From assembly GCF_001194135.2 (NCBI RefSeq), contig NC_068992.1, positions 31,222,349 through 31,259,606 on the forward strand: a DNA stretch of 37,258 nt. Reading direction: 5' to 3'. Below the pieces are notes generated by a model. That model ran no database searches and was not told where the DNA came from. It worked only from the letters and a program-made list of their open reading frames with translations. Origin of the DNA: Octopus bimaculoides. Lineage: Eukaryota. The translations under genes were made by a program, and so were the position numbers. Position 1 is the first letter of the stretch, and every line of letters starts with the position of its first letter. This document shows, one piece after another, positions 12,538-22,660 of the stretch.

Positions 12538-12640
12538 ATGTATGGATCAAAACAGTTTGATTCAAATTCGTTGGTATACTTGTGTTTCAAGCATAATGCT
12601 AGTCGTCAGCCATTTTGAATTCAAGGGAAAATACTTGCAG
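12538..12640 (-). mobile_element. PLE pseudo-LTR-like module, copy 3 (short tail, best-preserved hammerhead-like core)
   Basis: Aligns to copies 1, 2 and 4; ends at TTTTGATCCATAC followed on the minus strand by (CA)n. Confidence 0.75.
12557..12624 (-). ncRNA. Type I hammerhead-ribozyme-like motif (probably one mutation from consensus)
   Basis: Minus strand: UGG-CUGACGA-CU-AGCA-UUA-UGCU-U-GAAAC-ACAAGU-AUA/CCA. Has the CUGANGA and GAAA boxes, stem I UGG/CCA plus a distal UUGAAUUCAAA/UUUGAAUCAA helix, and stem III ACAC/GUAU with one C-A mismatch. Activity untested. Confidence 0.55.
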
Positions 12641-13109
12641 CATATCCACATGTTCAGAAATAGGGACAGAGAGAACTCTGCTTCTCCGTCTCGTTTTCTC
12701 TGGTGACACCGTGATCTCCGAGATAAAATACCCAGCATCAAGTAGACAATTGTCGACAGAGCGAAACCATATTCACCCGGTGCCCTCAACTGCCAACACT
12801 GCCTCCACGAAAAAGTGTATATCCTAAAACAACCTGCAGTATCCGTCAACAAGAAATGCTATTTATCGTATTGCTGTCACTAGAGATATGCTCCTCTGGC
12901 ATATTTCAGGCCTCTGATTGCCGACAACACAGATATACCTCCTAGCACCTTAGAGAACCCGGATATACCACCTTGCTACTTTGCACCGCCTGCAACAAGG
13001 TCACCATTACTAATCAACCTCGTGAGTATGACCAGCATTTACCAATCCTTAACGTTTACCCATCCCAACGTATACCGATCCCCAGCGCTTATTTTGCGCG
13101 TGGATACTC

Positions 13110-13420
13110 ATGCACGTGCTCGTGCGAGTGCACAAGCGTACGCGGACACTGGTTTGCATGCGTGCATGCATGCTAATATACATATGTACATATGAATGCA
13201 TACGCATGAGCGTTGATGCGTGTATGCTTGTGCATGTGTGCATATGCATGTATGCGTGTGCATTCGTGCGTGCTCGTCCAAGCGCGCTCGAGTGTGTACG
13301 TGCAGACGTACGCATTCGTGCCCATGTACAGATGCACGCACACGCATCAATATACACATGCACGCAAAACTATATGAGCGCGTCTGCACACCAACACATG
13401 GAACTATAGACTTGCACATG
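13110..13420. repeat. Degenerate alternating purine-pyrimidine tract (TGCA/CACG/TGCG-rich)
   Basis: Direct reading; produces the overlapping C/V/H/M/R-rich ORFs. Confidence 0.85.
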
Positions 13421-13443
13421 CCGACCCTTCCTACTTCCTACCT

Positions 13444-13736
13444 CAACAACCCGACCGGTTACTAATCGCCACGTGCTCTATTTCTTCTCGTCCACGTCGT
13501 CAATTTTCAGTTCGCCATAACAGTATTTTACAACTAACACTTACCCATATGCCAACATCAAAACAATGTCAACTCGTAACTTTCCTCGACCAATAACAAT
13601 CAACTTCGTCATTGAAATTCAAAATGGCTGGTACTGAAGAGTACCAGCAAATTTGAATGAAACTCCTTTGATCCATATATGTAACTGCTCATAAATTGTT
13701 TGAGCGCTCTTTTTCTTTTGTTTGTGCACTCACTCG
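13444..13736 (+). mobile_element. PLE pseudo-LTR-like module, copy 4 (long tail, core replaced by a hairpin)
   Basis: Collinear with copy 1: CAACAACCCGA ... CATTGAAATTCAAAATGGCTG ... GTACCAGCAAATTTGAATGAAAC ... TTTGATCCATATATGTAAC ... CACTCACTCG, then (CA)n. Confidence 0.7.
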
Positions 13737-13743
13737 CACACAA

Positions 13744-13858
<115 letters not shown>

Positions 13859-15018
13859 TAATCATAATAAAGTGTAAAAATCATTAATGCTTTTACCAGC
13901 TCAGAAATAAAAACCTTTTAGGTAAATTTTACAAATATAGTAATAGAATATTTATATCTATCTATCTATATGTATATGTTTGTCTGTATTACATATAACT
14001 ATGTCTGAGTGCGTGTATGCGTGCGCGTATGTGGGCGTGTGTGTGTTGGAGGTGGATGCACGTAACAGAAAATTATAATGTAGATTCGAACGCTCAAATA
14101 TTTCTTTCAGATATATTAGGATGTCATCATTCATGACGATCCCAATTCGGTGATGATCCATCTCTCATTATAACATAGTTCTGTATTAATATATGATAGG
14201 ATTGAGTAGCAGCTGCGGCGTATCGGAGACAATAATGCAAGCATCGTACATAGTAGGAAGAAAATTCCTAGTAGAAAACACCTAGAATATTTGGAACCAT
14301 ACCACTTGCTATAAGCAAGTGGTATTGTCTTTAGTAGAGTGACATTTTCAGCATTACGTAATGTTGTTCTCGAAAATCTTAGTCAAATACAACAAAGATA
14401 ACTTTATGTTTAGGTGTAAAGTAACAATCAATAAAATTAATTTTCTGGTAAGAAAACTGGTTTCTCAGGAATATATCACCAGAATATATGAGCTAGAGAT
14501 AAAACAAAAAATACATATAAAATAAGGAAGCATAAATTTAGGAAAATTGCATAAATGCGTTGCAAAAAACAGTTTCAGATAGCATTATAGTTTATTTCCT
14601 TGTTTATGTCCATTGAACTAGAGAATTTTATGTAAAATTGTACATGCATGTACGCGGGTTATTATGTATGTATGTAAGTATATATGCATATATATATGTA
14701 TATATATATACCCACACACATGTATATATGTATATATACATATGGTTATATATAATTCTATATATATATACCGATGTAAAGATATATATACTCATATGCA
14801 TGCATATGCATATATATATAGACAATGAAAATGTATATGCACGTAGGTACTTGTGTATATATATATATATATATATATATNNNNNNNNNNNNNNNNNNNN
14901 NNNNNNNNNNNNNNNNNNNNNNNNNNNNNNNNNNNNNNNNNNNNNNNNNNNNNNNNNNNNNNNNNNNNNNNNNNNNNNNNNNNNNNNNNNNNNNNNNNNN
15001 NNNNNNNNNNNNNNNNNN

Positions 15019-15059
<41 letters not shown>

Positions 15060-16567
15060 TCTTTATTTATAAATGCAATGCATATTACAAATGAAATTCT
15101 ATGTACAGATAGAAGTAGTAGAGATATGATTTGCAATAAAACTGAAGAGTATTGTTGTCTAACAGCTACCATAAATAGAATGCAAAAAGAGAAGAAAATG
15201 TGTATAATATATTAAATATATTACTGCATATTAAATCGTTGTACATGAAAATATAACAATATTATAGCGACTGAATTTTTGATATTTATTCCTGGTGATA
15301 AATGAAATATTTATTGATCTTAATAAAACAATGCACATTTTTGTTTTCAAATGATAATATCTTTCATGTCAAGAAGGTTCTGCCTACTACAAATATACTA
15401 TTCTATTGCTGTTGCTGCTGCTTCTAGTACTTCAAGCACGACGACGACCACCACCACCACCAACTATGCAACCACGACTAACGTCACCATTACGACTACT
15501 ATTACTAATAATTATAAAAATAATAAAGCGTGAGGAGTTCTATGCCATATTATTTCTTTCCCCGGCAATCTCGACCTCACGCGTTGCATCTTAGTAAATG
15601 AGTGTAAAGAACATGTCGTACATGTCACGGTTGGGGCGCCAATGAATTCAGTGCAGACGAAATCTTTCAATAGGGTGAATAATTGTCCCCTGTCCTAAAA
15701 GCGGATGTTTACTGTTATGTCTTCAACGTTAGATGGCTGCAATATACAGTGATCTTTTGTCATCTGCCGAAATTGTTAATTATCATAAATTAGATGTGTG
15801 AAATCTATCCCTACTTACTCTTCTACACATTTTGACCAAAGTTCACTACAGCAGAAATTGTGTTTAGATTCGACTCCTGCGGAAACTAGGATACGGAAAA
15901 TCCGAGTTTGCATATGCGGTCGACATCAGCGCAATAATTTCGGTCACGAAACAAGGAATTGATCGGCACTACCCTGATCAAATACTAGGTGGAGACATGA
16001 GCTAATTTTAAGCCAGAAAAAGGTATCACTGTTAAAATATAAAGGATAAAAATATGATCGTGATTTTGTGTTACAGGGAAAGCAACAATCAATTACAGGT
16101 CAATTTACAGGACAAATTGCCCTGTAAATTACAAATTACAGGACAATTTCTGGTATTCACCGATGAAAGCTGAAGCTCAATAACTCAGACAAAGCAGAGA
16201 CTGAATTTGTGAGATATTTCTCCGCCTATACAATTATACCAAATATGAGTTGAAGAGAAATAATAATTTTAGTTTCATCAAATATTTTATTTTGTAGGAA
16301 AACACTCACATTTTGACAGCAACATCACCTGCATATGGGCGAGAAACTATCATCAATTGCATGCGTTTTTAGTAACAAAAAGAAAAATATCAAAATATAT
16401 ACTTTTTCAACAACGGTAGATGAATATTCTATTTAAATGATTTTCACATCAGTCAAATGTAGTATGGACCTCATTCCGCATGTTGACGCCGCCTTGTTGT
16501 TAACCTCATTTCCACATCTACGCACATATTAAACGATATATTTTATATATAATTTATATATTCAGTT

Positions 16568-16852
16568 GCCTAGTGGTCAAGATGATGCACTTACGACTGC
16601 TAGATCGTGGAATCGTTTCAGGGACAAACCGATGTGTTGTATTCTTGAGAAAAAGACTTCAATTCGCGTTGCTCGACTCCACTTAGCTGTAAATGGGTAA
16701 CACTGCGACGGATTAGCCTTCTGATTAGGAGGGAAGTTGGCCTGATCACGTAACGGCTGGAGTAACATGGTTCGAAAGCTAACACGATGTGGAACACATT
16801 GTGACCAGCGATGTATAACAACATCGAATATTCTGGTCGATCATGAGATCAC
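16568..16852 (+). mobile_element. tRNA-derived SINE, CORE-like centre, distinct 3' tail
   Basis: Head GCCTAGTGGTCAAG with a decayed B-box, central GTGTTGTATTCTTGAG..GTTGCTCGACTCCACTTAGCTGTAAATGGGTAA, tail CATTGTGACCAGCGATGTATAACAACATC, which differs from the 11995-12326 tail. Confidence 0.75.
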
Positions 16853-17057
16853 ATAATAAAATTGAAAAATATATCGCAAGGACGATAATTGACTGTCTCG
16901 TGTGCCAATTTTCCCATTCTGTATTCGTTGTGTTACTGTTTAAATTTTGGAACTTATTATTTGATGTAACGCATCACAACCTTTATATTCTTAACTATTC
17001 AGTTGAATAATATTTGCACGACGTCTATTACTGGTTTTTCTCCTCCCTTTGGCCTTC

Positions 17058-17120
17058 TCACTCTCTCTCTCTCTCTCCCCCTTTCTCTCCTCCCCCCCCG
17101 CTCTCTCTCTCTCTCTCTCT
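17058..17120. repeat. (CT)n / polypyrimidine tract
   Basis: Direct reading. Confidence 0.95.
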
Positions 17121-18099
17121 CGCCAACTATCTACTCTGTTGCTTTCTGTCTCTCTGACCCCGAACACTTTCTCCCTCCTCCTTCTACCACGTGACTCGTG
17201 ACCATTGTCATCTCTCTACTCCATTTCTTGTTTGTCGCCACCGCTAACGCAATTAGTCATGTTTCTCTCGCTTTCTCTACTTTTAAGTTGGTTTTCTTTT
17301 GTGAGCGTTCGCTGTTTTTTCACCTTCCGTTCTGGTTTTATATTTGTTCAATTTTATGCTTCCATACTTTATAGGAAATTTTTCTTTTCTTTTAGATTCA
17401 CATATTCGTTTCGTCTTACAGACGCAGGGACTGATTTAGTTTGTATATTGTATATCATTTTATTTTGTTTGTATATCCACTTTTGTGTCGTATTTCTTTA
17501 CTACGTTGCCCTCAACTGTTTTCGCTGTTCCCAGCAACTTCTTGCTGCTGACGTCACTAAAGGTGAAAAATAGTATCTTTAAAAATGTAAACATGTAAAA
17601 TTATAAGTATATTTTGGACGATAACTGACGTGGAATTAGCAACGTGCAGTCCCGTGTGCAAATTTTCCATTTCTTCATTTGTGGTATTACTGTTTGAATT
17701 TCATAAGATACACAATCACAAACACGCTCACACATATACGGACATACACGCACACATACACACAAACACACACACACATATATAAATTTGTTAAAACGGA
17801 TAACAAACACCAAGACCAGACATCTCAAGTAGTATATGTGATTATTATTAAAAATTGTTTTTCAGTTTTAATGTCTTACGGTTGTTTCTGGCATATCCCA
17901 AAAACGTGTGGACTATCTCATCATAGGGGACAGGTGATAAGAAAGTTAAAGGGTATAGATTATGGAAACAATGGAGTAAAGTACTGGAGAGATAAAAAAA
18001 ATAGAGATATAGGGAAAAGAGAAGAAGGAAAAAGTATATAAAAATTCACGTACCTACACTTTTAGGTATCTGCACTATCAGAAATTAAAACTGTGAACA

Positions 18100-18143
18100 T
18101 TTATATATATATATGTATACACACACGCGCGCGCACATACGCA

Positions 18144-18233
<90 letters not shown>

Positions 18234-18258
18234 CACACACACGCACACACACACACAC
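18100..18258. repeat. (TA)n-(CG)-(CA)n microsatellite
   Basis: Direct reading. Confidence 0.97.
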
Positions 18259-18346
18259 AAACGCTTATATATAACAAGAAAGTAGCTAGTTTGAAAATCT
18301 CAGTAACAGATGGAGTAGAAATTATACTGAGACGCAATGTTTAACG

Positions 18347-18571
18347 CCACATCAATATGGTTACTCGATAGGAACCGTGCAAGGAGACTCCTCTAGCTGG
18401 TTATCGATGCAATCTGCACCTGTTATTTATTGCAATCATGGGAGCGAACCCCTAGTTTCCTCCAGCAGACCCTGCTTGTAACATATATCGGATGCAGATT
18501 GCATCGATATCCAGCTGGAATTAAAAAAAGGTGGTAGCGTCGAGTAATATGCAACAGAATTATTGATGTGG
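18347..18571. repeat. Nested inverted-repeat (foldback, MITE-like) element
   Basis: Three concentric arm pairs: 18347-18357/18561-18571 (11/11), 18361-18368/18540-18547 (8/8), 18395-18418/18493-18516 (23/24). Confidence 0.75.
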
Positions 18572-18590
18572 TGAAAAGAATCATCTCTAG

Positions 18591-18653
<63 letters not shown>

Positions 18654-18899
18654 NNNNNNNNNNNNNNNNNNNNNNNNNNNNNNNNNNNNNNNNNNNNNNN
18701 NNNNNNNNNNNNNNNNNNNNNNNNNNNNNNNNNNNNNNNNNNNNNNNNNNNNNNNNNNNNNNNNNNNNNNNNNNNNNNNNNNNNNNNNNNNNNNNNNNNN
18801 NNNNNNNNNNNNNNNNNNNNNNNNNNNNNNNNNNTATGTGTGTGTGTGTGTGCGTGCGTGTGTGTGTATACGCACACACATATAAATGTATATATATAC

Positions 18900-18943
<44 letters not shown>

Positions 18944-20284
18944 CATACATACCTTTTTCATGCATCGCACGCCAATACCAGTAATGCCTATGTGCATTAT
19001 TGTACCACTTATCAAAAATCGCTCAATCTCTACTTTTTCAAAGTATTTTCTTTGCCTTAGAATCTTGTTGTAATATGTATCATTTTCTAGAAAGGCTACA
19101 GTTTCAATAAATCTCTTTCTGTTATATTCACTTCCCATGCTTCCAACATATTGAAAACATAATGACTGATGACTTTAATGCCACACATTAAATCTCTTTC
19201 TTCTAATCTACCCTAAATACTATTTCTGCAAACCTAAACCCATTGGTTATCTTATATGTACCCTCCCGGTTGTCTTTCATATAGGAGATATCGTCTGTTA
19301 GCAAGTTGTCTGCTTCGTAACAACGAAAATCTATGAACGAGCTTGGAAAGCAATTCTACAATTTCAGCAGTCCTTCCATTTTGTACTTGCAACTCTTGCT
19401 GATGCGCAGCAAATTCTTTGCTATATATAGCAAATTCTTTGCTATATAAATCTCTGTGATTTGCATTTGTTCCAAAATTGATCTTAATTAAAACTTGTTA
19501 ATTTATAAACTTAACTTTATTTTCAGAATCAGGACGTTGTGATAAATTCTTCACTTATTTCCGATTAAATTGAAATAAAGATAAAGTATTTCAATAAGAA
19601 TATTGTAACGAACAGCTTAGGATTTTTCGTAAGCTAAAAGCATCGTAATCTAAAGGCATATCATTGATTCCATGGACAAAACTCTCTAAGGACTCCTACA
19701 ATTTGAATATATCAATCTATATATATATATCTACAACAAAATAATATGTAGATCTTCCCTTACGTTTAAAAACATGATATGAGTCTATACAGTTCTCACC
19801 AAAGTAACTTACCAAAATTTAATGTCTCAACACAGAAATAGTTAGGATGGACGAATGATGCACATAAGTCTCGTCAAAAGACAAACGAGATATTTCTGAC
19901 AACAGCTAACTGGGGTTATGTCCTCTGCTCCTCTTACATGCGATGACCTAATGTGGTTTGAATTGCAATGTAATGGCTATAAATTAATACATTAAAAGCA
20001 AATTTTGCCGATATGGTAAAGATTAGGACAAACCCAGTTCAACGCCTTTATATATAACACACGTGCATGAATGTATGTACGTATTCACACATGGAGATAT
20101 ACAGTTAGATATACGAAAACAACTGTATAATTTAGGGCTTCACATAGAAAATCATTATCCAGATAGATTTCAATAAAGCGGTTAGTTTACACTCAATAGT
20201 GCATACAGACAATATATATAAAATTAAGATGAAGAAAAGTATAAAGTATTGCTTCCAGCGTACGTGTAACCACTGTAGTTATTT

Positions 20285-20671
20285 GGAGGTGCAATGGCGT
20301 AGTGGTTAGGGCAGCTGACTCGCGGCCATAAAGATCCCGGCTTCGATTCCCATTACCGGGCGTTGTGAGTGCTTATTGAGCGAAAACGCCCAAAATTTTC
20401 ACGAGGCTCCGGTAGGAGGTGGGTGGCGAACCCTGCTGTACTTTTGGACCATAACTTTCTCTCACTAATTTTTTCCTGTCCCTGTTGTACCTGTATTTCA
20501 AACGGCCAACCTTGTCACACTCTGTGTCTCGCTCAATCTCCCCGAGAACTACGTTAAGGGTATACGTGTCTATGAAGTGCTCAGCCACTTGCACGTTAAT
20601 TTTACGAGTTGGCTGTTCCGTTGAACAGATCAACTGGAACCCTTGTCGTCGTAACTGGCGGAGAGCCACGA
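20285..20671 (+). mobile_element. tRNA-derived SINE, full length
   Basis: Pol III A-box TGGCGTAGTGG (20295-20305), B-box GCTTCGATTCC (20340-20350), tRNA-like head, body homologous to 64-397, ends GCCACGA. Confidence 0.9.
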
Positions 20672-20859
20672 CGGCGATTTGGAAATTACCATTAGATGTC
20701 CAAGTGCGTTTGGCGGTCTAAGGGCAATGCCTCACCAAGCAAGTGCTTTATTGCATTCCGTGACAGTGCTAAAGAGATTTATATTAGATCTCTGTAAGTT
20801 AATGCAATAAAATATACCTTGCAGATCCATTGCTTTTAAGCATATAAATACACTTGTTT

Positions 20860-21120
<261 letters not shown>

Positions 21121-21519
21121 ATGGAAGATGAGGAAATAATGGATACAGTAGGAATTTAAGTATTGAAAACTTACAGCAATAAATATGTAGATAATGGTGA
21201 CTAAAGATGAGCCAGTTAACACTCCTCTCCTACATAAGTAATGATAAACCAATGGGAAATGAATGTAGAAATAACAATGATTGTAGTGATAACAAACACT
21301 GATAATATATTTCGAATTACAATTTTGATATGAATCAAAATGTTTCTTTTGAAGAATCAATTTTCATTATAAAATCATTGCAGGATAGGGTGACTAATAA
21401 GCAATTATGTCATTCAGCATGAATATATTCCTTTATAGTTCTCACTATCGCTAATTTTCTATTCTGTTCAAAACTTACTTACAATTAGTTAGTTAGCCTC
21501 TCCCCACACTTTCTCTATT

Positions 21520-21552
21520 AGTATGTATGAATACATATGTGTGTGTATGTTT

Positions 21553-21632
<80 letters not shown>

Positions 21633-21820
21633 ATATTTACACACACAATACACATGCACACCTATATATATATATATATTTATATATGTATGTATGTATG
21701 TATGTATACAGATGTATGTGTATATATGCGTGCATATATATATACACACATGCATACTGTATATATCTATATGCCTGTGGTTGTCGTATGTATATGTAGA
21801 CATACACACACGTACACACA
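21520..21820. repeat. Compound (TA)n/(TATG)n/(CA) microsatellite
   Basis: Direct reading. Confidence 0.93.
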
Positions 21821-22534
21821 TTCTTCTACACATACTACTTCTGTTGCAATGTTACTAGCAGCTGCAATTTTTATATCGATTCATTGTTCTGTAAATCATA
21901 TTTTTGTTAGCAAGGTAACGTAATAGGATAGTAATAATTACTTTTTTAACACCGAATACTACAAACAAATATGAACGAATTTGATCAGTTTTATGCACAT
22001 GTACACGCATACGCAGATATGTATATATGTCCCTCTGTGACATATGCACGTGTTGGTCCTGAGATATTTAACTAAACATAGGTTTGAATAAAATATAACA
22101 TAAGGAACTAATTCATACATGAGGCTGTGAAAGTGTTCTCAATCACTGTTTTGAGAGACATATTAATTTTAGTCGAGCAAATGCTGAGAAAATTGGACTA
22201 AATCAATAATACAGGATCCGTGAATGCAAACTTATTCCATAATTATTGTGTAAGGTGCTGTGCCATTAATTCTAAATTATCATCAATAAGCCTCATTAAA
22301 AATATACGCTTCAGTTGTTGTATGTAAACAGTTATTTTGTTGTCTAAACTTTAACTTCGCTCTTGTTCTTCATGTTAATGATATTGTTGGTTGTTATCGT
22401 GGAATATAAAGCAGATTGGTTTGATACATTTAGCGCGACGCGCGCCCGAGAAAGTGATTAAAAGTAGTATTTCGAGCTACTTTTGTCAACGGTAAAGAAG
22501 TCGACAAGAACGATCGTGATGCAACCGCGGCCGG

Positions 22535-22660
22535 AGACGTTGATGATGATTATGATGATGATAACGGAAATGGTAATGATAACGATGATGATGACAGTGA
22601 TGACAACAACGATGTAGAGGATTGTGATGATGCCGTGATGATGATTCGATGTTGATAATG
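22535..22660. repeat. Degenerate (GAT)n trinucleotide repeat
   Basis: GATGATGATTATGATGATGATAAC...; explains the His/Ile-rich minus ORFs. Confidence 0.85.

Noticed and set aside
12640-12720. Minus-strand peptide PISEHVD resembling PLSEHIE of the PLE endonuclease
   Set aside because: Match too short, and no GIY-YIG motif in frame.
19408-19447. 21-bp tandem duplication with an internal AGCAAA/TTTGCT palindrome
   Set aside because: Two copies only; consistent with ordinary slippage.
20285-20360. tRNA gene
   Set aside because: Acceptor and anticodon stems do not close properly, and it continues into a SINE body shared with 64-397.
22470-22655. Acidic Asp/Asn-rich reading frame (VNGKEVDKNDRD...DDDYDDD)
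   Set aside because: Explained by a degenerate (GAT)n repeat; no start or splice support.
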